DNA from: Dehalococcoidia bacterium
GTDB lineage: Bacteria > Chloroflexota > Dehalococcoidia > Lucifugimonadales > Australimonadaceae
Direction: 5' to 3'
Assembly: GCA_965249185.1 (NCBI GenBank)
Contig: CBDFLS010000002.1
Location: forward strand, 205,594-269,593
Length of the DNA: 64,000 nt
Of this stretch, positions 41,708 through 51,644 are shown piece by piece. The stretch's first letter is position 1. Every line of letters starts with the position of its first letter. The notes under the pieces were generated by a model. The model saw only the letters and a program-made list of their open reading frames with translations, was not told the origin of the DNA and ran no database searches. The position numbers and the translations under genes were made by a program.

Positions 41708-44133
41708 CAACGCTCCTCCTGGGCCCTGAGAACTGCGCCGGTCTCCCGTTGCAGCCGGTCCACGAGGGCCGCGACCACGCCGTTGATCTCCTCGGCGCCC
41801 AGCGTGCCCGTGGCCGATTGCAGCTCCAGCCGGTACGCCAGCGACTTCTTCCCTGCTGGGAGGGGAGCGCCGGCGTACAGGTCGAACAGGACCGCTCTGG
41901 TCACCAGTGGATGTTCCTCCAATATCTCCTGGAGCCCGCCCGCGGGCGTAGACTCGTCGACGAGGATGGCCAGGTCCCGGTCCGCGGTGGGAAAGCGGGA
42001 GAAGGGCTGATAGGAGTGGCGCTCCGCTGGTAGCTGGGGCAGCAGCAAGCCCAGGTCCAGCTCGAAGCAGGCCACCACCGGAACGTCCAGATCGAAACGC
42101 TCCTTGGCGGCGGGGTGCAGCTCGCCTACCACGCCCACGGGGTGACCGTTCGCCAGCACCCGCGCCGTGCGGCCCGGATGGAACATTTCGTCCTCCGCCA
42201 GTTCGAAAACGGGGCTGGTCCCCAGCCGCTCCAGGAGCGTTTGCACCGTAGCCTTGGCATCGTAGAAATCGAGGGGCCCGGCGCTCCGGCCCCACAGCGG
42301 AACGCTGCGGCGGCCAGCCAAAGCGCCAATGGCCATCTCGCGCTCCTCGGGAAGGTCCCCGGGCCGGCGCACATAGACACGTCCCACCTCGAAGATGCGG
42401 AGGCCGTCCGGCGCATGCCGAAGCCCAGCGGACAGGGTCTTTAGCAGGCTTCCGCGAAGGGTGGTGCGCAGGTACTCCTGCTCGCGGCTCATGGGATTGG
42501 CGAGCCGCAGGGGCTCAGGGCTGCCGGGGCCGAGGGCTTGGGCGTGGTCAAGAGTCGCATGACTCACGAGGCTGTAGGAGATGGTCTCCTGAAGTCCGGC
42601 CGCCACCAGGAGCGCCTTCACCCGCTCCCGGAGGGCCCTTTCCGGCTGGGGAATGTGGCTGGGCACGACGCCCCGGAGGGGCTCGCTGGGCACCAAGTCG
42701 TAGCCGGTGATACGCGCGACCTCCTCCACCACATCGTCCTCCAGGCCGACATCGCTTCGCCAGTAGGGCGGCGTCACGCTGAGCGCCTCCGGCGAACCGG
42801 CGTCGGGCTCACACCGGAAGCCGAGGGAGGTGAGCACCTCCACAACCCGGTCGTGGGGGAAGTCGACGCCGAGGCTCTGCCGCAGCCTCCCATGGGTAAA
42901 GCGGATGGGCTGGGGCTCGGCGGAGCCGGGGAAGAGATCGGCCACGCCCCGGGCCGCCCGGCCGCCGGCGGTCTCCAGGACTAGGGCCGTGGCCCGGCGC
43001 ACCGCCCGCATCGCCATCTCCGGGTGCAGCCCCTTCTCGAAGCGTATGGATGCCTCCGACCGGAGCCGCAGCGCCGCCGCCGTGCGCCTCGTGTTGGTCG
43101 CGTCGAAGGTGGCCGACTCCAGGAGCACGTCGGTGGTGGCGTCGGTCATGGCGCTGTTGGCGGCGCCCATGACTCCGGCCAGGCCGATGGCCCGCTCCGG
43201 GTCCGCGATGAGCAGCATGGGGGGACGCAGCGCGTGCTCCTCTTCGTCCAGGGCCAAGAGCCGCTCTCCCTCGTTCGCTACCCGTACCACCACGGTGGAC
43301 TGGCGGACCTCGGACAGGTCGAAGGCGTGGAGGGGCTGGCCGTATTCCAGCATCACGTAGTTGGTGACATCCACCACGTTGTTGATGGGCCGCAGCCCCG
43401 CCGCCTTGAGCCGCCGCTGCATCCACGAGGGCGAAGGGCCGACGCGCAGCCCCTGGACGACGGTGGCGGTGTACCGGCGGCACAGCTCCGGGTCGTCGAT
43501 GCGGATGGAGGCGAGCTCGCCGACCTCCGGCCCCTCCTGCGGGTACTCCAGCGAAGGCTCGATGACCACGGCGCCGGTGAGCGCCGCCACCTCGTGGGCG
43601 ACACCGAGCACCGACAGCAAATCGCCACGGTTGGCCGTCACCTCCAGCTCGAAGAGGTCATCGGAGCCGAGGTAGCCGGCGAGGGGCTGGCCGGCTGGCG
43701 CGTCCTGGGGAAGCTCCAGGATGACGCTGTGGTCATCGCCCAGGCCCAACTCGCGCTCCGAGCAGGCCATGCCCTCCGACACGACGCCCCGGATGGTGGC
43801 GGCCGTGAGCACCGAGCGCTCGCCGGTACGCGGGTCGATGAGCGTTGCGCCGACGCGGGCGAAGGCTACTTTCTGGCCCTCGGCCACGTTAGGGGCGCCG
43901 CACACCACGGTCAGCACCTCGTTGCCCAGGTCCACGGTGGCCAGTCTGAGGCGGTCGGCGTTGGGGTGAGGCCCCACCTCCACCACGCGGCCCACGAACA
44001 CGTTGTCCCACCCGGCGCCGGCGCCCGGAACGTAGGTGGCCTCCAGGCCAGCCATGGTCAGCCGGTGGGCAAGCTCAACCGGGGGCGGCTCCAGCGGGAC
44101 GTACTCGCGGAGCCAGGAGAGGGGGACCTTCAT
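41707..44133 (-). CDS. pheT: phenylalanine--tRNA ligase beta subunit
   Basis: MKVPLSWLREYV..., 808 aa. Confidence 0.95.
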   Translation of the reverse strand: MKVPLSWLREYVPLEPPPVELAHRLTMAGLEATYVPGAGAGWDNVFVGRVVEVGPHPNADRLRLATVDLGNEVLTVVCGAPNVAEGQKVAFARVGATLIDPRTGERSVLTAATIRGVVSEGMACSERELGLGDDHSVILELPQDAPAGQPLAGYLGSDDLFELEVTANRGDLLSVLGVAHEVAALTGAVVIEPSLEYPQEGPEVGELASIRIDDPELCRRYTATVVQGLRVGPSPSWMQRRLKAAGLRPINNVVDVTNYVMLEYGQPLHAFDLSEVRQSTVVVRVANEGERLLALDEEEHALRPPMLLIADPERAIGLAGVMGAANSAMTDATTDVLLESATFDATNTRRTAAALRLRSEASIRFEKGLHPEMAMRAVRRATALVLETAGGRAARGVADLFPGSAEPQPIRFTHGRLRQSLGVDFPHDRVVEVLTSLGFRCEPDAGSPEALSVTPPYWRSDVGLEDDVVEEVARITGYDLVPSEPLRGVVPSHIPQPERALRERVKALLVAAGLQETISYSLVSHATLDHAQALGPGSPEPLRLANPMSREQEYLRTTLRGSLLKTLSAGLRHAPDGLRIFEVGRVYVRRPGDLPEEREMAIGALAGRRSVPLWGRSAGPLDFYDAKATVQTLLERLGTSPVFELAEDEMFHPGRTARVLANGHPVGVVGELHPAAKERFDLDVPVVACFELDLGLLLPQLPAERHSYQPFSRFPTADRDLAILVDESTPAGGLQEILEEHPLVTRAVLFDLYAGAPLPAGKKSLAYRLELQSATGTLGAEEINGVVAALVDRLQRETGAVLRAQEER

Positions 44134-44228
44134 AGGGGCGTCACGAGTGCAAGGGGAATCGGTAGCTCATGGACGGCGGCTTGCCCAGTATAGCAGACCA
44201 GGGTGCAATCCTGGACCCAGCAGGGTGC

Positions 44229-44259
44229 GACCCTTCCCTTCGACTGCGCTCAGGGTGAG
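44229..44259. repeat. hairpin repeat copy (ACCCT...AGGGT stem) in the pheS-pheT spacer
   Basis: The reverse complement CTCACCCTGAGCGCAGTCGAAGGGAAGGGTC is related to the carA/carB copies, with a longer loop. Confidence 0.5.
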
Positions 44260-44287
44260 CGGTTGAGGGGAGGCCGAGCACGGTTTC

Positions 44288-45355
44288 CTACGCGAACTGG
44301 CGGAGGAAGCGGATGTCGTTGCCGTAGAAGAGGCGGATGTCGTCGATGCCGTACTTGAGCATGGCGATGCGCTCCGGCCCCATGCCGAAGGCGAAGCCGG
44401 TGTAGACGTCGGGGTCGTAGCCGACGCCCCGCAGGACGTTGGGGTGCACCATACCCGCGCCCATGATCTCGATCCAGCCCGAGCCGCGGCAGATGCGGCA
44501 GCCGTCGTCGCCACGGCCGTCGCAGGCGAAGCAGTCGATGGACATGTCGACCCCAGGCTCCACGAAGGGGAAGTAGTCGCACCGGAACCGCACCCGGCGC
44601 TGGGCGCCGAACATGCGGCGGGCGAACTCGTAGAGGGTGTGCTTCAGGTTGGCGAAGCTGATGCCCACGTCCACGGCCAGCCCTTCCACCTGGTAGAACT
44701 GGGACTCGTGGGTGGGGTCCGTGGCCTCGTATCGGTAGCACTTGCCGGGCACAAGCACGCGCACCGGTCCGCCCGCGGCGGCCTCCATGACCCGCGCCTG
44801 CATGGGCGAGGTGTGGGTGCGGAGGAGCATGGGGTACTCGCCCTGGGCGTCGGGCTCGTCCACCCACAGCGTGTTCCACATGTCCCGCGCCGGGTGGTCC
44901 TTGGGGATGTTGAGCTTCTCGAAGTTGTAGAGGTCCCACTCAACCTCGGGCCCCTCGACCACCTGGAAGCCCATGGCCACGAAGATATCGCAGATCTCCT
45001 GGAGCACGAGGGAGGTGGGATGGAAGCGCCCGAGCTCCGCCGCGCGGGCGGGAAGCGAGATGTCGATGCGGTCGGCCGCTAGGCCCTCCAGCGCCGCGCC
45101 CTCGAGCGCCGCTTTCCGCTGGGCCAGACGCTCCTCCAGCAGCCCCTTCACCTGGTTGCCGGCGGCGCCCACGGTGCGACGCGCCTCGGGCGAAAGGGTG
45201 GGCAGGTTGCGCAGCACCTGGGTGACCTTGCCGCCGCGCCCCAGATAGGCGATACGCCAGCGCTCCAGGGCATCGCCATCCTGGGCGGCGTCGAGCTCCC
45301 GCAGCGCGCCCGCGCGGAGGCCGTCCAGGTTTCTGAGGTGGGAGTCGGTGGTCAT
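44288..45355 (-). CDS. pheS: phenylalanine--tRNA ligase alpha subunit
   Basis: HPARDMWNT...LLRTHTSPMQ...FAFGMGPERIAML. Confidence 0.95.
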   Translation of the reverse strand: MTTDSHLRNLDGLRAGALRELDAAQDGDALERWRIAYLGRGGKVTQVLRNLPTLSPEARRTVGAAGNQVKGLLEERLAQRKAALEGAALEGLAADRIDISLPARAAELGRFHPTSLVLQEICDIFVAMGFQVVEGPEVEWDLYNFEKLNIPKDHPARDMWNTLWVDEPDAQGEYPMLLRTHTSPMQARVMEAAAGGPVRVLVPGKCYRYEATDPTHESQFYQVEGLAVDVGISFANLKHTLYEFARRMFGAQRRVRFRCDYFPFVEPGVDMSIDCFACDGRGDDGCRICRGSGWIEIMGAGMVHPNVLRGVGYDPDVYTGFAFGMGPERIAMLKYGIDDIRLFYGNDIRFLRQFA

Positions 45356-45402
45356 GGGTGATTCGCCGGCAGTCGCCGCGCCGCGCCGGAGACGGACGAT
45401 TG

Positions 45403-45432
45403 ATTATAGTTACGCGGCGCGAAGGGGGTCAA
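45403..45432 (-). promoter_or_regulatory. pheST promoter (-35 TTGACC, 18-nt spacer, -10 TATAAT)
   Basis: Minus-strand reading, about 45 nt upstream of the pheS ATG. Confidence 0.45.
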
Positions 45433-45514
45433 GGCGAGAGGGATGCATATTTACGGCGCACGGTGATCCGGTCGAGCGCCCGCCGGCAACACGCTCCGGT
45501 GCTATCATGGGCGC

Positions 45515-46125
45515 GTGGAAGAAGCTACGCTGCTCATCGCCACGAACAACCCGCACAAGCGGGCCGAGCTCCAGCGGCTGCTGGGCGCCCTTCCCTACCG
45601 GGTCGTGACACCACGGGACCTCGGGCTGAAGCTGGAGGTGACCGAGGATGGCACCACGTACGCCGAGAACGCCACGCTGAAGGCGCGGGCCTTCGCCCAT
45701 GCCAGCGGCATGCTCTCGCTGGCCGACGACTCGGGGATCGAGGTGGCGGCGCTGGACGGGCGTCCCGGCATACACTCGGCGCGGTACGGCGGTCCGGAGG
45801 CGTCGGACGAGGACCGCGTGGTGCTGCTGCTCCAGGAGCTGCGCGACGTGCCCTGGGAGGCGCGCGGCTGCCACTTCGTGGCCTCCATCGCGCTGGCGTG
45901 GCCGGAGGGCCGGCTGGAGACGTTTGAAGGCGCGTGCGAGGGTATGGTAGCCTGGGAGCCAGTGGGGGACAACGGGTTCGGCTACGACCCCATCTTTCAC
46001 AGCCCGGAGCACCGGATGACCGTGGCCCAGATGCCCCCCGAGATGAAGGACGGCATGAGCCACCGGGGACGAGCGGTCCGCCAAGCCGCCGGGCTCCTGC
46101 GAAACATCGCATCCACCGCACACCT

Positions 46126-46129
<4 letters not shown>
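45515..46129 (+). CDS. rdgB: non-canonical purine NTP pyrophosphatase (RdgB/HAM1 family)
   Basis: [14 protein letters not shown]...[23 protein letters not shown]...FGYDPIF...SHRGRA. Confidence 0.85.
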
Positions 46130-47151
<1,022 letters not shown>

Positions 47152-47181
47152 GGCGCCTCGGCGGGTGAGGCGGACGTACTC

Positions 47182-48087
47182 ATGCTGGACGTTTACACCG
47201 ACGGCTCGTGCCTCAACAACCCCGGCCCCGGCGGCTGGGCCGCCATCCTTGTGCGCCCGAGCGGCCCGGAGCGCCTCTCCGGCGGCGAGCCCGACACCAC
47301 GAATAACCGGATGGAGCTGACGGCGGCCGTCAAGGGGCTGGAGGCGGCTCCGCCTTCGGCCCAGGTGACCGTCCACAGCGACAGCACGTACCTGATCAAT
47401 ACGATGACCAGAGGCTGGAAGCGGCGCGTGAACCAGGACCTGTGGGGGCAGCTCGATGCCCTGGTCGAGGGCCGGCGGGTGCGCTGGCACTGGGTCAAGG
47501 GGCACGCCGGCGACCCGTGGAACGAGGAGGCGGACCGGCTGGCCGTCGCGGCCATGCAGGCCGCCGCAGGAGCGGTGGCGCCAGACTCCAGCAGCGCGAC
47601 CCTCACGCACCTGAACGCCCAGGGCGAAGCGCGGATGGTGGACGTGAGCGCCAAGCCCGACACGGTGCGCACCGCCGTGGCCCAGGGAGTCGTGGCCATG
47701 CGGCCGGAGACGCTGGCGCTGGTCCTGCAAGGCAAGATGGAGAAGGGGGACGTCTTCACGGTGGCGCGTCTGGCGGGCATCGCCGCCGCCAAACGCACGT
47801 GGGACCTGATCCCCCTGGCCCACCAGGTGCCGCTGAGCCACGTGAGCGTGGAGTTTCAGTCGGACGCAGGCAGGGGGCTGGTGACGATCACAGCCACGAC
47901 GCGCACCACGGCCAAGACGGGCGTGGAGATGGAGGCGCTCACCGCCGTCAGCATCGGCGCCCTGACGGTCTACGACATGTGCAAGGCGGTGGACCGGGGC
48001 ATGAGGGTGCTGGACGTGCGGCTCCTGGAGAAGCGCGGCGGACAGCGCGGAGACTTCCGGGGCGAGAGCGCGACCCTGGACCCGTAG
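47182..48087 (+). CDS. in-frame fusion of ribonuclease HI (N-terminal) and cyclic pyranopterin monophosphate synthase MoaC (C-terminal)
   Basis: Residues 1-125 read VYTDGSCLNNPGPGGW...TNNRMELTA...VHSDSTY...WVKGHAGDPWNEEADRLA (the DEDD set). Residues ~140-301 read LTHLNAQGEARMVDVSAK...KGDVF...WDLIPLAH...KTGVEMEALTA...YDMCKA. Confidence 0.85.
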   Translation: MLDVYTDGSCLNNPGPGGWAAILVRPSGPERLSGGEPDTTNNRMELTAAVKGLEAAPPSAQVTVHSDSTYLINTMTRGWKRRVNQDLWGQLDALVEGRRVRWHWVKGHAGDPWNEEADRLAVAAMQAAAGAVAPDSSSATLTHLNAQGEARMVDVSAKPDTVRTAVAQGVVAMRPETLALVLQGKMEKGDVFTVARLAGIAAAKRTWDLIPLAHQVPLSHVSVEFQSDAGRGLVTITATTRTTAKTGVEMEALTAVSIGALTVYDMCKAVDRGMRVLDVRLLEKRGGQRGDFRGESATLDP

Positions 48088-48122
48088 CCCACACGCGCCG
48101 AGAAGAGCGGCGGCCGACCGGC

Positions 48123-48521
48123 CTACGCCCTCGCCGAGAAGTACTCCAGCATCGGGTCGAAGTAGCTATCCACCCACCCTTGGCGGTAGTCATCGCCCTG
48201 GCCGTCGGGAAGGTTCGCGTGGACCAAGGTGAGCCTGGTCCCGTCCTCCGTCTCCTCCAGCAGCACCTCCAGCGTAGAGTCGGCGCTGCCATCCGGGAAG
48301 TCTGACGTGCGCCACGTCTGGACGATGCGCCGGTGGGGCTCGAGCTCGACCGTGACGCCCTCGATGTAGCCGTCCCACGCGGTGAACTTACCGCCCACGC
48401 GCGGGTCCACCTCCGCCTCGCCGCCGGTGAACGCGGTGTGCTCATCGCTGCTCAGCCACGCCTCATACACCCGCCGGGGCGGTGCGGGAAGGGTGGCCGA
48501 TACCTCGAACGACTCCGCCAT
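48123..48521 (-). CDS. SRPBCC/AHSA1-like small protein
   Basis: 132 aa: FEVSATLPAPPRRVYEAWLSSDEHTAFTG...VGGKFTAWDGYIEG. The start was moved to the ATG at 48521. Confidence 0.65.
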   Translation of the reverse strand: MAESFEVSATLPAPPRRVYEAWLSSDEHTAFTGGEAEVDPRVGGKFTAWDGYIEGVTVELEPHRRIVQTWRTSDFPDGSADSTLEVLLEETEDGTRLTLVHANLPDGQGDDYRQGWVDSYFDPMLEYFSARA

Positions 48522-48651
48522 CCGCGCTCCTCTTCCGGGCCGAGGCCCGGTGTTATTCAACACTAACGCCGGACTCCGCGCAAACCGGTCACGGTAGCAC
48601 ATGCACCGGCCTATCCCCAAAAGCCGCCAAACGCCCTGCTATAATCCCCCC

Positions 48652-50892
48652 ATGGCGACCCGCGACTCGCTCCTCGAGGGGCTGAACCCCGACCAACGCC
48701 AGGCCGTCGAGCATATCGACGGCCCGTTGCTCATCGTGGCGGGCCCCGGGAGCGGCAAGACGCGGGTCATCACCCACCGGATCGCCTACCTGGTGCGGAC
48801 CGCCGGGATCTCGCCCCGCCGCATCTCCGCCGTCACCTTCACCAACCGGGCGGCCCGGGAGATGCAGGGGCGGCTGGAGAGGCTGATGGGGCCGCGGGCC
48901 AAGCAGTTGGCCGCCGGCACCTTCCACGCCCTCTGCGCCTCCATCCTGCGCCGCGATGGCGAGGCGGCGGGGATACCCACCGATTTCGTCATCTTCGATG
49001 GTGACGACCAGGTAGAGCTGGTGAAACGCGCCATGGAGGCCGCGGACATAGACCCCAAGAAGTTTCCTCCCCGGGGCATCCTTTCCGCTATCTCCTGGGC
49101 CAAGTCCCAGCTCATGGCCCCCCAGGACTACCTGCTCACGGGCCGCAGCTACTACGACGAGATCGCCCAGCGGGTGTACACCTCCTATCAGGAGATGCTG
49201 CAACGCAACAGAGCGCTCGACTTCGACGACCTCCTCTCGAAGACGGTGGGCCTGCTCCGCCAGGCGCCGGAGGTGCGGGCGAAGTACCAGGAGCGCTTCG
49301 TTCACCTGATGGTGGACGAGTTTCAGGACACCAATATCGCCCAGTACCAGCTCGCCCGGGAGCTGGCCGGGAAGCACCTCAACATCTGCGTGGTGGGGGA
49401 CCCGGACCAGTCCATCTACTCCTGGCGCAACGCAGACCTGCGGAACATCCTCAGCTTCCAGAAAGACTACCCCCAGGCCACGGTGATCAATCTGGACCAG
49501 AGCTACCGCTCCACCAAAACGATCCTGGAGGCGGCCCGCCAACTCATCGCCGCCAACACGAAGCGCCTGGACCAGGAGCTGTGGACGGAGAACGTCCAGG
49601 GCCAGCCCATCGTGGTGAGCGAGGCGTTCAACGAGGAGGAGGAGGCGCAGCTCGTGCTCCAGGAGGTGCGCGACCTGTGCGACGGCGAGGGCTACCACCT
49701 GCGCGACTGTGTGGTGGCCTATCGCGTCAACGCCCAATCGCGCGCGCTGGAGGAGGCTTGTCTGCGCTACGGGGTGCCGTACAAGCTGATCGGAGGCGTC
49801 CGCTTCTACCAGCGCCGTGAGGTGAAGGACGTGCTCGCCTACCTCCGTTTGATCCAGGACCCCTACGACGAGGTGAGCCTGACGCGGGTCATCAATGTGC
49901 CGCCGCGGGGCATCGGCAAGCGCACGGTGGACGACCTGGCCCGTCGGGCATCCAGCCTGAACCTGCCCATGTACACGACGCTCCAGGCGCTGGAGGAGAG
50001 CGGCAAGGCCGGACCCACGGTTGGCAACCCCCTTGGCGGGCGCCAGACCCAGGCCCTCACCGACTTCTTGCGCCTTCTGAATGGCCTGATGGATGCCGCC
50101 GGCTCCATGGACCTCCCCCACCTGGTGGAAGAGGTGATGGAGCGGACGGGCTACCGCCGGCACCTGCTGGAGTCCGACGACCGCGACGCGGAGGAGCGGC
50201 TGGACAACTTACGCGAGCTTCAGGGCGTGTCCGCCGACCACACGGATTCCCCCGCCCGCAAGACACTGCCGTCCTTCCTGGAGAACGCCGCTCTCATGTC
50301 CGACCAGGACTCGCTGACCGAGGACGAGCAGGAGTACCTCACGCTGATCACACTTCACCAGATCAAGGGGCTGGAGTACCCGGTGGTGTTCATGGTGGGA
50401 ATGGAGGAGAACGTGCTGCCCCATGTGCGTTCCATGGAAGACGCGGACCAGCTCGAGGAGGAACGGCGGCTGGCCTATGTGGGCATGACGCGGGCCAAGG
50501 AGCGGCTCTACCTGTTCCGCGCCTTCACCCGGCGGCTCATGGGCATGGGCCGGCCCAACCTCCCATCGCGGTTCCTCAGCGAGATCCCGGAGCACCTGCT
50601 CACGCGCCTCGGCCGCGACAAGGTCGGAGCCGGCACGGTGGCATACGACCGCTGGAGCACGCCCAGCTCGCAGACCAGCCCGGCTCCGTCCGCGCAGCCC
50701 TTCAAGGCGGGCCAGCCCTTCAAGGCCGGACAGAAAGTGGTCCACACGCACTTCGGGCAGGGCATCGTGGTCGAGTGCCGCCCCACCGACGCCGACTTCG
50801 AGATCACGGTGGCGTTCAAGGGCAACTCCGGCATCAAGCGGCTGCTCCACAGCCTCGCCAAGCTCCAGGAGCAGGGCCAGGCCGTGCCGTGA
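48652..50892 (+). CDS. pcrA: ATP-dependent DNA helicase PcrA/UvrD
   Basis: LNPDQRQAVEH..GPLLIVAGPGSGKT, DEFQDTN, TLHQIKGLEYPVVF, VGMTRAKE. The start is the ATG at 48652, 6 nt after a TATAAT. Confidence 0.9.
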   Translation: MATRDSLLEGLNPDQRQAVEHIDGPLLIVAGPGSGKTRVITHRIAYLVRTAGISPRRISAVTFTNRAAREMQGRLERLMGPRAKQLAAGTFHALCASILRRDGEAAGIPTDFVIFDGDDQVELVKRAMEAADIDPKKFPPRGILSAISWAKSQLMAPQDYLLTGRSYYDEIAQRVYTSYQEMLQRNRALDFDDLLSKTVGLLRQAPEVRAKYQERFVHLMVDEFQDTNIAQYQLARELAGKHLNICVVGDPDQSIYSWRNADLRNILSFQKDYPQATVINLDQSYRSTKTILEAARQLIAANTKRLDQELWTENVQGQPIVVSEAFNEEEEAQLVLQEVRDLCDGEGYHLRDCVVAYRVNAQSRALEEACLRYGVPYKLIGGVRFYQRREVKDVLAYLRLIQDPYDEVSLTRVINVPPRGIGKRTVDDLARRASSLNLPMYTTLQALEESGKAGPTVGNPLGGRQTQALTDFLRLLNGLMDAAGSMDLPHLVEEVMERTGYRRHLLESDDRDAEERLDNLRELQGVSADHTDSPARKTLPSFLENAALMSDQDSLTEDEQEYLTLITLHQIKGLEYPVVFMVGMEENVLPHVRSMEDADQLEEERRLAYVGMTRAKERLYLFRAFTRRLMGMGRPNLPSRFLSEIPEHLLTRLGRDKVGAGTVAYDRWSTPSSQTSPAPSAQPFKAGQPFKAGQKVVHTHFGQGIVVECRPTDADFEITVAFKGNSGIKRLLHSLAKLQEQGQAVP

Positions 50893-51638
50893 CCCAGTCC
50901 ACCGGTCCCCTGGAGCTCTCTATCGTTATCCCCGCCTACAACGAGGCGGAGCGCATTCGGCCCACCCTGGAGGAGTACACGGCCCATTTCAGCGCTCTCT
51001 ACGGCGACGCGTTCGAGATAGTGGTGGTGCTGAACGGGTGCACCGACGGCACGCGCTCGGTGGTGGAGGAGCTGATGACGGACTCACCTCAGCTCCGGCT
51101 CGTGGAGTTCGCGGAGCCCTTGGGCAAAGGGGGGGCCATCTGGGAGGGGCTCGGCGCCAGCACCGGAAGCCGGCTCGCCTTTGTGGACGCGGACAATATG
51201 GTCAGGGCGCCCGAAACGGAGAAGCTGCTCCATGAGCTTGACCGCTTCGACCTGGCCATCGCCTCTCGTTTTGGACCGGGCGCCTCCAGAGGACAGACCC
51301 ATCCGTTGCTGCGGCGGATCGCCAGCAAGGCGGTACGGAGCTGGACGGGCATGCTCCTGGGACTGCCCTTCCACGATACGCAATGCGGGTCCAAGGCCTT
51401 CAGGGCTGTCGCGTGGCAAGCCATAGCGCCACACGTCCACGAGCGGGGCTGGGCCTTCGACCTGGACGTCCTCGCTTCCGCCACGAGGCTGGGCCTGACG
51501 GTTGCGGAGGTGCCGGTAGAGTGGCACCACGTAGCGGAGGGCTCGAAAGTGCAGCTCTGGAAGGCAGGGCCGCAGCTCCTCCTGGCGACGCTCCGCATCC
51601 GCCGCAGACGGCCGAAACAGGCTTCCGGCGCTTCTTAG
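50889..51638 (+). CDS. family 2 glycosyltransferase (polyprenyl/dolichyl-phosphate glucosyltransferase-like)
   Basis: LSIVIPAYNEAERI...NGCTDGT...FVDADN. GTGA overlap with pcrA. Confidence 0.8.
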   Translation: MTQSTGPLELSIVIPAYNEAERIRPTLEEYTAHFSALYGDAFEIVVVLNGCTDGTRSVVEELMTDSPQLRLVEFAEPLGKGGAIWEGLGASTGSRLAFVDADNMVRAPETEKLLHELDRFDLAIASRFGPGASRGQTHPLLRRIASKAVRSWTGMLLGLPFHDTQCGSKAFRAVAWQAIAPHVHERGWAFDLDVLASATRLGLTVAEVPVEWHHVAEGSKVQLWKAGPQLLLATLRIRRRRPKQASGAS

Positions 51639-51644
51639 AAGCGG

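Noticed and set aside
40403-42295. 630-aa version of the moeA ORF, and similar long N-terminal extensions (sfsA 292 aa, coxM-like 340 aa, PTP 330 aa, carA 415 aa)
   Set aside because: The extensions overlap upstream genes and are Arg/Gly/Pro-rich junk. The conserved protein starts coincide with internal ATG/GTG codons that have SDs or stop/start overlaps.
45356-45402. T-box leader upstream of pheS, and Moco riboswitch upstream of moaA, moeA or the Mo-hydroxylase operon
   Set aside because: The leaders are only ~45-50 nt, or the genes are translationally coupled to upstream genes. That is too short for either element, and no specifier or T-box sequence or conserved Moco motif was seen.
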